64,000 nt of DNA from Vicinamibacterales bacterium (GCA_965250185.1 OZ252293.1:1176329-1240328); one strand, 5' to 3'; shown: positions 26,940-37,182, numbered from the stretch's first letter. Notes: generated by a model not told the origin, from the letters alone. Program-made: numbers and translations.

Positions 26940-28481
26940 ATGACCTCCTTGCCGCACAGCTCGCACGAGCCGATCGCGTGGAAGAGCTGGACCGCCTCGA
27001 CGATCGCCCACGCCGCGGCGACAGACACGCCCATCGTCCTCGCGCTCGGTCCCGCCTGGTGCGAGGGGTGTGCCCGGATGGACCGGACGGTGTATGCCGA
27101 TCCGGAAGTTTCTGGGCTCATCCGGAATCGATTCATCCCGATCCGGGTCGACGCGGACCGTCGTCCGGACATCGCGGAGCGCTATACCGTTGGCGGCTGG
27201 CCGACCACGGCCTGCCTCACACCGCAGGGCGAGCTGCTCGCCGGCGGGGTCCTGCTCGATGTGCCGGGCCTCACATCGATGCTCGTCGACGTGAACGATG
27301 CGTGTCAGACGCGGCCGGATGAGATTTTCGCCCGCGCTCGCGCAGCTGTCGAACAAAGAGCCGACGCCCGGCGCGCTCCTTTGGAGCCAGCGCCGGAGTT
27401 CGTCGATGCTGCTCCGGCCTGGCTCGACACCCTCGCGCGCGACGCGTTCGATGCGCGGCACGGCGGGTTCGGCGACCGGCCCAAGTGGCCCCACACAGGC
27501 GTACTCCGGTTGTGGCTGCGTCGGTATCGCGAGACGGGCCAGATCGACATCCGTGATCGCGTCTCGGCGTCGCTCGACGCGATGGTGGACGGGGGCTTGT
27601 TCGACGCTGTCGAGGGCGGCTTCTTCCGATACGCGGACTCGGCGGACTGGTCGTCGGTGCACTCCGAGAAGCTTCTGGAGGTCAATGCGGACTGCCTGAG
27701 TCTGTACCTCGATGCCTGGGCGACGTTCGGCCGCTCACGTGATCGCGAGACAGTCGAGGCGGTTCTTGGCTTTCTGGGTGCCACGCTCTGGGACGCGACC
27801 GAGGTGGCGTTCTTCGCGAGCCAGCGAGCCGATGCGGCGTACTACGGTGTCGCATCGGTCGAGGCCCGACACCAGGTCGACTCGCCGCCCGTCGATCGAA
27901 CGGTGTACGTTGGAGCGAATGCTCGGATGGTGAGCGCGTTGCTCATGCTGGCCGAGGCCACGCGGGACGCGGCGGTCGGCGAGCGGGCACTCGCGGTGCT
28001 CGAGCGGCTGCTGCTGCCTGCCTATCGCCCCGGCCACGGCGTCGCACACGTCGTCGAGGCGGCGCCGTCCGTATGGGGGCAGCTCGGGGACCAGGTCTGG
28101 ACCTGTCACGCGACGCTGGATGCCTTCGAGGCATCCGGCGACGATGCCTATCTCGACCTGAGCCAGGAGCTCATGCTGTATAGCCTTCGGACGATGTGGG
28201 ACGAGGCTCGAGGCGGATTCTTCGATCGCGCACCGGCTGACGATGGCACGGATATCGGGCTTCTGCGCGATCCGTTGAAGCCGATCGACCTCAACGGCGC
28301 AGCAGCGCGAGCCCTGGTTCGACTCTCGCGAATCACCGGGCGGCAAGATTTTTCGGTGCACGCCACCGATACCCTCGCGTCGTGCGAGGGTACGTATCGT
28401 TCGCACGGTCTCGGCGCCGCGCCGTACGTCCTGGCAGTCGTCGAGGCGACCGAGCCGGGTCTCGCCGGGCCGACGACCTGA
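26940..28481 (+). CDS. Thioredoxin-fold DUF255 / YyaL-like protein (thioredoxin domain + alpha/alpha-barrel)
   Basis: The N-terminus, PIVLALGPAWCEGCARMDRTVYADPEVSGLIRNRFIPIRVDADRRPDIAERY, has a CxxC motif and a DUF255-like pattern. Confidence 0.7.
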   Translation: MTSLPHSSHEPIAWKSWTASTIAHAAATDTPIVLALGPAWCEGCARMDRTVYADPEVSGLIRNRFIPIRVDADRRPDIAERYTVGGWPTTACLTPQGELLAGGVLLDVPGLTSMLVDVNDACQTRPDEIFARARAAVEQRADARRAPLEPAPEFVDAAPAWLDTLARDAFDARHGGFGDRPKWPHTGVLRLWLRRYRETGQIDIRDRVSASLDAMVDGGLFDAVEGGFFRYADSADWSSVHSEKLLEVNADCLSLYLDAWATFGRSRDRETVEAVLGFLGATLWDATEVAFFASQRADAAYYGVASVEARHQVDSPPVDRTVYVGANARMVSALLMLAEATRDAAVGERALAVLERLLLPAYRPGHGVAHVVEAAPSVWGQLGDQVWTCHATLDAFEASGDDAYLDLSQELMLYSLRTMWDEARGGFFDRAPADDGTDIGLLRDPLKPIDLNGAAARALVRLSRITGRQDFSVHATDTLASCEGTYRSHGLGAAPYVLAVVEATEPGLAGPTT

Positions 28482-28533
28482 CCGCGAGTGTCCCGGTGCG
28501 TCGAAGTCGCTGTGGTACACTCCCCAGCCGGAG

Positions 28534-30420
28534 GTGCCCTTGACGCCCGATCCGTCCTCGCTCGTTCCGACCATTCGAAACCTGGCGACCCAGCTTCGCA
28601 TCGATTCCGTGCGCGCCACGACCGAGGCCGGCAGCGGGCATCCGACGAGTTGCTGCTCTGCCGCCGACATCGTCGCCACGCTGTTCTTCGGCGAGATGCG
28701 CTTCGACCCCGCCAAGCCCCGCGATCCCGAGAACGATCGCTTCGTCCTGTCCAAGGGGCACGCCGCGCCGTTGCTGTACGCTGCCTGGGCCGCAGCCGGG
28801 GCCTTCCCGCGCGCCGACCTGCTGCAGTTGCGTCGGATCGACTCGGACCTCGAGGGGCATCCGACGCCTCGCCTGCCGTTCGTGGACGTCGCCACCGGGT
28901 CGCTCGGGCAGGGCATGTGCGCTGCGGTCGGCCTCGGGCTGAACGCCCGACGGATCGGATCGGCGTATCGGACGTACGTCCTTCTCGGAGACGGCGAGTC
29001 AGCGGAGGGATCGGTCTGGGAGGCAGCGCACGCCGCGGTGCATCACGGACTCGACAACCTGTGCGCGATCACCGACGTGAACGCGCTGGGACAAAGTCGC
29101 GCGACACTGTGGCAGCACGATGTCGACCGGTTGGCGAGCCACTGGACGGGATTCGGGTGGCTCGCCCTCGTCGTCGATGGCCACGACGTGCAGGCGATCA
29201 TGGACGCTCTGGCCACGGCGCGTGAGACCTCGGGACGACCGACCGTCATCCTGGCCCGAACCCTGAAGGGCAAGGGGGTGTCGCTGGCCGAAGGTAAGGA
29301 CGGCTGGCACGGCAAGCCGTTTGCGAAGGGCGAGCAGGCGGACGCCGCGCTGGCGGAACTCGAGTCGCAGTTCGTGGGCACAGCATCCACCGACCCCGTC
29401 ATACCGCCGCCGACACGCTCGGCTCGTTCGGGGAACGCACGGTCGGCCGGCGCCGACGATATGCCGCCGCCCAGCTACCCGATGGGTGACACGGTGGCGA
29501 CGCGCGAGGCCTATGGCCGCGCGCTCGCCCGTCTTGGCGACATCGAGTCGAGCGTGGTCGTCCTGGACGCGGACGTGGGGAATTCGACGTTCAGTTCACT
29601 GTTCGAGCAGTCCAAGCCGGACCGGTTCTATCAGTTGTTCATTGCCGAGCAGGTCATGGTCGGGGCTGCCATGGGGCTGGCGAGCCAGGGCGCGATCCCG
29701 CACGCTTCGACCTTCGCGTGCTTCCTGTCGCGTGCCTACGATTTCATCCGGATGGCGGGCATCAGCGGGCTCAACCTCAAGCTGGCTGGCTCCCACGCCG
29801 GCGTGTCGATCGGCGAGGACGGGCCGTCACAGATGGCGCTCGAGGATCTGGCCATGATGCGCGCCGTGCCCGGGTGCGCGGTGCTGTACCCGTGCGACGC
29901 CGTCAGCGCCGAGCGCCTGACGACCCTCGCGACTTATACGGACGGGCTCACCTACATCAGGACGAGCCGTCCCAAGACTCCCGTGATCTACTCGGCGGAC
30001 GAGCGGTTCACGATCGGCGGTTCCAAGGTCCTGCGACAGAGTCCTGACGACGCGGTCACGGTCGTGGGGGCGGGCGTCACGGTCTTCGAAGCACTCGACG
30101 CCCACGATCGGCTGGCCGCCGAAGGCACGGCTATCCGGGTCGTCGACGCGTACTGCGTGCAGCCGATCGATGCGGCTGCGCTGGTGCAGGCGGGAACCGA
30201 GACGCACGGCACGATCATCACAGTCGAGGACCACTACCCCAGTGGTGGGCTGGGGGACGCGGTCTCCGAGGCGGTCGCGTCGCACGGGATAAGCGTCCAT
30301 CGGCTGGCGGTCCGTGAGGTTCCGCGCAGCGGCGGCTCGAAGGAGTTGCTCGAGCGTTTCGGCATCTCAGCCGGGCGCATCGTCGAGGCCGTACGAGAGG
30401 TCGTGAACCGCCGCCGTTGA
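28534..30420 (+). CDS. tkt: Transketolase
   Basis: Supporting segments are GSGHPTSCCSAADIVATLFF, the ThDP motif LLGDGESAEGSVWEA, FIAEQVMVG and the C-terminal transketolase domain. The start is GTG. Confidence 0.9.
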   Translation: MPLTPDPSSLVPTIRNLATQLRIDSVRATTEAGSGHPTSCCSAADIVATLFFGEMRFDPAKPRDPENDRFVLSKGHAAPLLYAAWAAAGAFPRADLLQLRRIDSDLEGHPTPRLPFVDVATGSLGQGMCAAVGLGLNARRIGSAYRTYVLLGDGESAEGSVWEAAHAAVHHGLDNLCAITDVNALGQSRATLWQHDVDRLASHWTGFGWLALVVDGHDVQAIMDALATARETSGRPTVILARTLKGKGVSLAEGKDGWHGKPFAKGEQADAALAELESQFVGTASTDPVIPPPTRSARSGNARSAGADDMPPPSYPMGDTVATREAYGRALARLGDIESSVVVLDADVGNSTFSSLFEQSKPDRFYQLFIAEQVMVGAAMGLASQGAIPHASTFACFLSRAYDFIRMAGISGLNLKLAGSHAGVSIGEDGPSQMALEDLAMMRAVPGCAVLYPCDAVSAERLTTLATYTDGLTYIRTSRPKTPVIYSADERFTIGGSKVLRQSPDDAVTVVGAGVTVFEALDAHDRLAAEGTAIRVVDAYCVQPIDAAALVQAGTETHGTIITVEDHYPSGGLGDAVSEAVASHGISVHRLAVREVPRSGGSKELLERFGISAGRIVEAVREVVNRRR

Positions 30421-30429
30421 CGCTCGGCG

Positions 30430-33400
30430 TCACCCCGCGTCGACCGGTCGCACCTCGAACATTGCGGCGAAGAGCTGTCGCAACAGATCGCTCCGCTGGC
30501 CGAGCAGATCGAAAAGCTCCTCGCGCTCGATCCGAAGCGCGATGCCCGGTCGGATGACGTGAGCCTCGCGGCCCATCGGGAGACCCGCGAGCGCCTCGTA
30601 GATTCCGATCGCGTCGCCCGCCCGCGCCGACGCCGGCGGCTCGGTCGAGGACTCCAGCGAGAGCGCACCCGCCACGACGACCCACAGTGCCAGAGGATCG
30701 GAGGGCCCGAACAGCTGGGCGTCGGCCTTGGCCTCTACCTGCCGAGCGATGGCGGCGAGGTGGAGCAGTTCGTCGCTCCCGACGCTCGAGAAGGGGTGGA
30801 CACGTTGCAGGACCATGACCTTCTGGACCGGCGAGAGATTCCCCTGGGCCAGCGGTGCGAGTGCCGCCGAGTCGCCACCAGGCTGGACGAGCCGGGCCTG
30901 CGAGTCGGTCGAGCGCTCGACGAGCAGCCTGAACAGGCCCTCCACGAGGGACGGATTATCCGCCAGGAGCGTCCGGCAGACTTCCGTCTGGATCGCCAGG
31001 CTGACGCATGCCGTGTCCGTCCGGATCGTCCGGGTCATCGGGCTACCCTCGAGCACTTCCTCGAAGGCGATGGGGGCGGGTGGCTCGATCGGTTCCGCAT
31101 CGCCCGTGGCCTGGTGGGCGGTCATCCGGCCGTCGAGCAGGAACTCCAACGACTCCGGCACCGCCCCCTCGTGGTAGAGCGAGCGATTGGCCTCGTGACG
31201 GATCTGGGAGCCTGCCTCGGCGATCCGGACCAGCTCGTCGACCCACACCGCCTCGAACAGCGGTAGTTGCCGGATGCGGTCCGCGAGTTCGATGGCGGGC
31301 AGCGGTTCGAGCCACAGGGCGCGTCGCCGCTCCTCCGGCATGCGGTGGTCGGCGAGCGCTAGGGACGCCGCTTCGAACACGTGCCAGTCCTCCGCGGAAC
31401 GGTGGGCGAGGATGTACTCGATGTCGTCGACGAGGCTCCAGATGCGCTGGGTCCGCACGAGGTTGATGGCCGCGGCGGCGACGACTGGATCATCGTCGTT
31501 GATCAACTGGAGTAGTGTCTCCTCGACATCGCGGGGCCGGGTCCGCAGAAAGACGTTGCCCTTCCGAACGCGCGCGTCGAGCGGCATGTCCTCGAGGATC
31601 GGCATGACGCGCTTCCGGATCTCTCCGGTCAAGATGTTGTCGAGCAGCTCGGCCGCGCTCGAGTTCGCACGGGCGTCACCGTGCTCGAGGGCCCAGCGGG
31701 CGTCGGTGATGTCCTTCGAGGGATACAGCAGCCCGAGGAGGCGATAGAGACGGTCGCGTGTACGCTCCGCCTTCTCCTCGAGGGCCCGCGCGAGCAGCGT
31801 GTCGGTCGACAGGTTCGCGAGGACGAACAGGTTGTGATGCAGGCTGAGGCTGTTGTAGTGCTCGGAGGCGTCCCTCAGCGCGCGCTTCTCCAGTGGTGCA
31901 CGGTCGAAGGACAGCTCCGGGTGCTCGCGGTGCAGCTTGCCGAGCGCGGCGATGACCTTGTAGCGGAGGAAACCGTCGGGGTCGGCCAGCGCCGCGATCA
32001 AGATGTCCATCGCGCGCTGTGACGGGATCCGGGCAACGGTCGCCGGCAGGTGGCGCCGGACCCACGCGTCCTCGTGCGGATCGTTCAGGAAGTGCTCCAG
32101 CGTGTCGAGTACTGGTTCGCCGTAGCTCACGAGCACGTCCCGAGCGCTCGCCTTGAGCACGCGATGCCTCAGCAGCGAAACGAGCGCGGGCACGAAGATG
32201 AAGTCGGACGTGCCTGAGGCCTGGACGCTTCGCATCGCCTCGGCGGCCACGGCCGGGTTGGCGTCGTAGAGGAGCGGTATCAGCAGGTGCTGGAGTCGGC
32301 CGTCGGGCACTTGGCGGACGGCAGCAGCGACCTCCCGGCGAGCCGGCGCAGCCGATTCGCGCGAATCCTGAGCGAGCCGTGTGAGCACGCGTTCGGCCGC
32401 CTCGACGTCTTCGGGCGCGCCCGTCTTTGCCAGGACCGTCGCGGCCGTGGCGACGGTTTGGGGATCTTCCGCGTCGAGATACGGTCGAACCAGGTCGGTG
32501 GCCTCGCGGCCCTGAATGCCCGCCAGCGCCCCGAGCGCAGCGGCGCGCACGTCCCGGTCGTCGTCCTTGAGCATGCGCTGGATGTTGGGGATCCACTGGC
32601 GTGCGATATCAGGCTTGGCTGCGCCCAGCGCGACGAGCGCACGCGTCCGCACCGCCTTCGACTCGTGATGCAGCAGCAGCGGCGTGACCAGGTTGCGTTT
32701 CTCGAGCGACTCCAACACGTCGATCGCATACAAGACGCGCCGCTCGTCGGCGCTGGCCAGCTCTTCCATCAATGTCTCGACCGTCGAGAGATCAGCGACG
32801 CTGAGCCGCATCTCGGCCGGCTGAATCTGCTGCTCGGCGATGCTCTGGCGGAACGCCGAGAGGTAGCCGCGGCGAGCTCGAACCGAGAGCGCGATCCAGA
32901 GCACGGTGATCGTCAGACTCGCGAGCCCGAGTCGTTGCCAGTCCAGCGCCAGCCCCCAGGGCTTGATCAGGACGAGCAAGACGATCGCGGCCACGCCCTG
33001 GGCGACCCGATCCACCGTGACGTCGACGAAGGACTTGGCCTTGTACTTGAGGTCGGCCGTCAACGGGAGAAACAGGATCTCGCGGGTCGTCTTGTCCACC
33101 GTGTAGCGCAGCGACTGGTCGGCCACGCGGGCGAGTCCCGGTACCCACAGGGCGGCGTTGAGCAGCATGAACAACGCGGTCGAGCCGAGCGTCACAGGCA
33201 ACACCAGCAGCGCGAAACCGATCCCGAGCAGTCGATGAATACGGCTGGTCAGCCACACCTGAATGATGAAGCCGATGGTCGACATGAACAGCTGCACCTG
33301 GCCCAAGAACGCCGTAATGGCGTCGGTGGCCTGGGCGCCCTTCGACGCGGCCGCGGCCATGTTGAGCTGCTGTTCGATGATCGACGCGCCGATCGCCGCG

Positions 33401-34128
33401 AAGCTGATCACCATCGCGATGATCTGGAGGTGCTTGGACTCGCGCAGCATCCGCAGCGCCTCGAGCGCTCCGACTCCCTCCTTCGTCTTCGGGGTCGACG
33501 CATCGGCGGTCTCTCGGGGTTGCTCCCGCGCGATGATCGCCATGACGACAAACACGCACAGCGTCAGGAGCCCTGCGCTGTAGAGCAGGAGGTTGGTCGT
33601 GCCGATCTCGGTGGCATAGCCGGTCAGCAGGGCGGATCCGGCGATGCCGCCGAGCGGCGCGCCACCGCCGATGAAGCCGAACAGTCGTTTGGCCTGCCGG
33701 GGGTCGTAGACGAGGTTGGCCAGCGTCCAGAATTGGCTGATCAGCAGCAGGCCGAGGATCTTGCCTGTGAAGAAGAAAGCGATCGACACCCAGCTGCGTG
33801 GCGTCTGGAACAGCACCCAGAACACCAGCAGGATCACCACCATGGCGGCCTGCGTCACCGGCAGGCCCCATCGCCGGGGCAAGTGGCTCGTGATCCAGGC
33901 GTAGCCCGCCATGACCACCCCGATCAGCAGCCCGACGGCCAGCAGCACGTACGGCAGGTTGTCTGCGCCGAGATCGGAGATGAACCTCGAGCGCGTGATC
34001 GGCTTGACGATGTTGTACGAAGACATCGCCAGAAAGGAATAGCTGAACATCAGGAGGCCCGTGAAGACCTCCTCTTTCCTGAACTCGGCGATGGGGGCGA
34101 GGATGCGCTGACCGAGTGAAGTGCTCAT
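30430..34128 (-). CDS. Large fusion protein: TLC/MFS-like 12-TM transporter domain, HEAT repeats and two degenerate cNMP-binding-like domains
   Basis: The start was trimmed to ATG 34128 (MSTSLGQRILAPIAEFRKEEVFTGLLMFSYSFLAMSSYNIVKPITRSRF, which resembles a TLC N-terminus). About 440 aa of polytopic membrane sequence follow. HEAT-type units include AVRTRALVALGAA and DVRAAALGALAGI. The C-terminus has two beta-roll-like segments (FEEVLEGSPMTRTIRT; IGIYEALAGLPMGREAHV). Confidence 0.75.
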   Translation of the reverse strand: MSTSLGQRILAPIAEFRKEEVFTGLLMFSYSFLAMSSYNIVKPITRSRFISDLGADNLPYVLLAVGLLIGVVMAGYAWITSHLPRRWGLPVTQAAMVVILLVFWVLFQTPRSWVSIAFFFTGKILGLLLISQFWTLANLVYDPRQAKRLFGFIGGGAPLGGIAGSALLTGYATEIGTTNLLLYSAGLLTLCVFVVMAIIAREQPRETADASTPKTKEGVGALEALRMLRESKHLQIIAMVISFAAIGASIIEQQLNMAAAASKGAQATDAITAFLGQVQLFMSTIGFIIQVWLTSRIHRLLGIGFALLVLPVTLGSTALFMLLNAALWVPGLARVADQSLRYTVDKTTREILFLPLTADLKYKAKSFVDVTVDRVAQGVAAIVLLVLIKPWGLALDWQRLGLASLTITVLWIALSVRARRGYLSAFRQSIAEQQIQPAEMRLSVADLSTVETLMEELASADERRVLYAIDVLESLEKRNLVTPLLLHHESKAVRTRALVALGAAKPDIARQWIPNIQRMLKDDDRDVRAAALGALAGIQGREATDLVRPYLDAEDPQTVATAATVLAKTGAPEDVEAAERVLTRLAQDSRESAAPARREVAAAVRQVPDGRLQHLLIPLLYDANPAVAAEAMRSVQASGTSDFIFVPALVSLLRHRVLKASARDVLVSYGEPVLDTLEHFLNDPHEDAWVRRHLPATVARIPSQRAMDILIAALADPDGFLRYKVIAALGKLHREHPELSFDRAPLEKRALRDASEHYNSLSLHHNLFVLANLSTDTLLARALEEKAERTRDRLYRLLGLLYPSKDITDARWALEHGDARANSSAAELLDNILTGEIRKRVMPILEDMPLDARVRKGNVFLRTRPRDVEETLLQLINDDDPVVAAAAINLVRTQRIWSLVDDIEYILAHRSAEDWHVFEAASLALADHRMPEERRRALWLEPLPAIELADRIRQLPLFEAVWVDELVRIAEAGSQIRHEANRSLYHEGAVPESLEFLLDGRMTAHQATGDAEPIEPPAPIAFEEVLEGSPMTRTIRTDTACVSLAIQTEVCRTLLADNPSLVEGLFRLLVERSTDSQARLVQPGGDSAALAPLAQGNLSPVQKVMVLQRVHPFSSVGSDELLHLAAIARQVEAKADAQLFGPSDPLALWVVVAGALSLESSTEPPASARAGDAIGIYEALAGLPMGREAHVIRPGIALRIEREELFDLLGQRSDLLRQLFAAMFEVRPVDAG

Positions 34129-34322
34129 CGCGTTAACCGGGGAGCCTGGGTGACGATGGCAAACGCCGGGGATGGCACGAGGGTCCGACCCGCCGGCCAT
34201 GTAACTGAACCCGGCTAGCTTAGTGCATCCCGGCCCTGGACTGCACGTGGATCCACTACACTGGGCGTCATGCCGCCAATACGCCGCCGAGCTCGGCCGC
34301 CCGCGGCGGGCGCGGGGCGCGG

Positions 34323-37169
34323 ATGAAGGCCCGGCTGCTGGGGTTCTTCAACGTCCGGCCGGACGAGGTGCGTCCCTTGACGCTGGCCTTCGTGTCCGTC
34401 TCGCTGGTCGTCGCGTCGTTTCTGCTCGCCAAGCCGATCCGCAATGGCCTGTTCCTGAATCAATTCGGCGCATACAAGCTCGTCTACGTGTACGTCGGCG
34501 TGCCTCTCGTCCTCATGGCCTTCGTGCCGATCTACACGCGGCTCGCGGCGAACCGCAGCCAGCAGTACGTGATCCTCGTCACGCAGCTCTTCTTCGTCAG
34601 CAACGTGTTGATCTTCTGGTACCTCTTCACGTTCCACGAGGTGGCGATCCTGCCGGCCGTGTTCTACATCTGGGTGAATTGCTACGGCGTGATTGCGCCC
34701 GTCCAGGCGTGGACGTTCGTGCACAGCCTGTTCGACACGCGCCAGGCGCGTCGGTTGTTCGGTCTGGTGGCCAGCGGCGCGAGCGCGGGGGCACTGGCGG
34801 GCGGCCTGCTCGCGAGCGTGCTCGTCGGCCCGGTGGGCGGCACGGTCAACTTGATGCTCGTGCTCGCGGCGCTCATCGCGGCCGGCGCCATCGTCGTGGT
34901 CCTCCCGGGGCGCCCCGCCGCCGCACGGGTAGCCACGTCCGAGCGCCGTCTCCGTGCGCCGTTTCGCCGGATGCTCGTCGAGATCGCGCAGAGCCACTAC
35001 ATGAGGCTGATCGCGGGGCTGCTCGCGCTGGTGTCGATCGTCACCCAGTGGACGCAGTTCCAGTTCAGCCTGGTCGTCACCGAGCGATTTGCGGGCGACG
35101 CAGATCGGCTGACCGCCTTCTTCGGCGAGTTCAACTTCTACCTGGGGTTGGTGGCGCTGGCCATCCAGCTCCTGGCAACCGGACCGGCGCTTCGTCGCTT
35201 CGGGATTGGTGTGACGCTCCTGGTGCTGCCGATCGCACTGCTGCTCGGCTCGTCGCTCGTCGTGCTGTTCCCGCTCATGTGGGCCGTGCTCCTGACCAGC
35301 GGGCTGGACCAGGGCCTTCGATGGTCGGTGGACAAGGCGTCGTTCGAGCTCCTGTACCTGCCGCTCGATACGAGTGTGCGCGCGAGGGTCAAGAGCACAA
35401 TCGACATGATCATCAGTCGCCTCGCGGACGGCGTCGGTGGCATCCTGCTCGGCCTCGCCACGCAGGGGTTCAGCCTCTATGTCGTGACGCTGCCCGGCGC
35501 CGGATTCGGCCTGCGCGGGGTGGCGGCCATGAACATCCTGCTCGTCGGGGTCTGGGTGGTCGTCGCCCTCGCGTTGCGGCGCGGCTACGTCGAGACCATC
35601 CGCGAGAGCATCCGGCAGCATCGCCTCGATGCGGAGCGATCGGCCGCGGCGTTGTTCGATCGCAGCATCGCGGAGGTGCTGAACGCTCGGCTCAAGGACG
35701 AGAATCCGGAGGAGATCTTGTACGCGCTGAGTCTGCTCGAGACCCAGCAACGGTACATCCCGGATGAAGCGGTCCACTTGTTGCTGCATCATCCGTCGAA
35801 CGAGATCCGGCGGCGTGCCATGTCGATTCTGCGGACGGCTGGCGACCAGGCGGTCCTTCCCCAGGTCGAGCGACTGTTGGAGGACCCGGATCTCGAGACG
35901 AGAACCGAGGCACTGCTGTACCTCTCCCGGCACGTCGCGATCGACCCGCTGGAGCGGATCACGGAACTCGGAGATTTTCCGGACTTTTCGATCCGGGCGG
36001 GCATCGTGTCGTTTCTGGCCAGGCGGGGTCCGAGCCAGAATCTCGACGCGGCTGCCGTGCTGCTCGACGCGATGGTGGGCGAAGTTGGCCCACAGGGCGG
36101 GCCGGCCCGGTTGGAGGCCGCACGGCTGCTGGAGACCCTGCCGGACGAGTTCGGCGCCCAGGCCAAGCGGCTGCTGAGCGACCCGGACGCCCACGTCGTC
36201 CGTTTCGCGCTCCGCGCCGTGGGGCGGCACCGGAATCACGAGATGATCCCGGACGTGCTCGCGCTCCTGGAGTCGGTGCCGCTGTCCGCGGAAGCGACGC
36301 GCACGCTCGCGAGCTTCGGCGACAAGAGCGTCGGCGCGCTCCGCGACGCGCTCCTCGACGCAGCCCTGTCGCTCAAGATCCGGCGGAAGATTCCCGTCGT
36401 CCTGATGCAGATCGCCACGCAAAAATCACAGCAGGCGCTGATGGAGAGCATGCTGCAGGCGGATACCTCGCTCCGGTTCCGGATCATCGCTGCGCTCAAC
36501 AAGCTGCAGCGCGACCACTCGGAACTCGTGCTCGATCGTCAGACGATCGAAATGATCCTTGCGGCCGAGATCCTGGGGCACTACCGCTCCTACCAGATCA
36601 TCGGGACCCTCGATGCGGCACTGGCGAAGGGCAGCACCATCGGAGCCACGCTGAATCTGTCGTTGGACCAGGAGGTGGAGCGGATCTTCCGATTGCTAGG
36701 TCTGCTCTATCCTGAACAGGACTTTCATACCGCGTACTTCGGCCTCCAGTCGAAGAGCCCCGAGCTTCGAGCCAACGCGCTCGAGCTGCTCGACCATATT
36801 CTGAGCCCGCGGTTGCGTGATCTGCTGCTGCCGCTGCTGGACCGGCAGGTGAGCATGGCCGAGCGGGTCCAGCTGGCGAATCAGCTGGTGGGCGCGTCCG
36901 TGGACACGCGAGAGCAGGCCGTGGACGCGCTGCTGCGTAGCGACGTCCCTTGGCTACGGGCGGCGGCCGTGCACGCCATCGGTGCACTCGGCCTCCACGA
37001 CCTCGACGACGCGCTCGAGGTGAGCCTCGGCGACGAGGATCGCGACGTGCGAGAAACGGCGCGGCTCGCCAGGGAGCGGCTCGCCGAAGCGAGAGAGGCG
37101 GAGACGCTCCTCGAGGTGAGTGATGCGGAGGGCACCGTCGAGGCTGCTGAATCGATGGGCGTAGGTTGA
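34323..37169 (+). CDS. Large fusion protein: TLC/MFS-like transporter domain and HEAT repeats (paralog of the divergent neighbour, no cNMP-like tail)
   Basis: The N-terminus is MKARLLGFFNVRPDEVRPLTLAFVSVSLVVASFLLAKPIRNGLF, followed by a polytopic region. HEAT-type units include EIRRRAMSILRTAGD, LETRTEALLYLSRH, HVVRFALRAVGRH and WLRAAAVHAIGALG. Confidence 0.75.
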   Translation: MKARLLGFFNVRPDEVRPLTLAFVSVSLVVASFLLAKPIRNGLFLNQFGAYKLVYVYVGVPLVLMAFVPIYTRLAANRSQQYVILVTQLFFVSNVLIFWYLFTFHEVAILPAVFYIWVNCYGVIAPVQAWTFVHSLFDTRQARRLFGLVASGASAGALAGGLLASVLVGPVGGTVNLMLVLAALIAAGAIVVVLPGRPAAARVATSERRLRAPFRRMLVEIAQSHYMRLIAGLLALVSIVTQWTQFQFSLVVTERFAGDADRLTAFFGEFNFYLGLVALAIQLLATGPALRRFGIGVTLLVLPIALLLGSSLVVLFPLMWAVLLTSGLDQGLRWSVDKASFELLYLPLDTSVRARVKSTIDMIISRLADGVGGILLGLATQGFSLYVVTLPGAGFGLRGVAAMNILLVGVWVVVALALRRGYVETIRESIRQHRLDAERSAAALFDRSIAEVLNARLKDENPEEILYALSLLETQQRYIPDEAVHLLLHHPSNEIRRRAMSILRTAGDQAVLPQVERLLEDPDLETRTEALLYLSRHVAIDPLERITELGDFPDFSIRAGIVSFLARRGPSQNLDAAAVLLDAMVGEVGPQGGPARLEAARLLETLPDEFGAQAKRLLSDPDAHVVRFALRAVGRHRNHEMIPDVLALLESVPLSAEATRTLASFGDKSVGALRDALLDAALSLKIRRKIPVVLMQIATQKSQQALMESMLQADTSLRFRIIAALNKLQRDHSELVLDRQTIEMILAAEILGHYRSYQIIGTLDAALAKGSTIGATLNLSLDQEVERIFRLLGLLYPEQDFHTAYFGLQSKSPELRANALELLDHILSPRLRDLLLPLLDRQVSMAERVQLANQLVGASVDTREQAVDALLRSDVPWLRAAAVHAIGALGLHDLDDALEVSLGDEDRDVRETARLARERLAEAREAETLLEVSDAEGTVEAAESMGVG

Positions 37170-37182
37170 GCGTCCAGCCGGG

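Noticed and set aside
32287-36422. Long antisense ORFs 32287..34119 (+) and 34215..36422 (-) opposite the two transporter-HEAT genes
   Set aside because: Their composition is highly charged and Arg/Asp/His-rich, with no membrane or repeat logic. They mirror genes with strong coding evidence.
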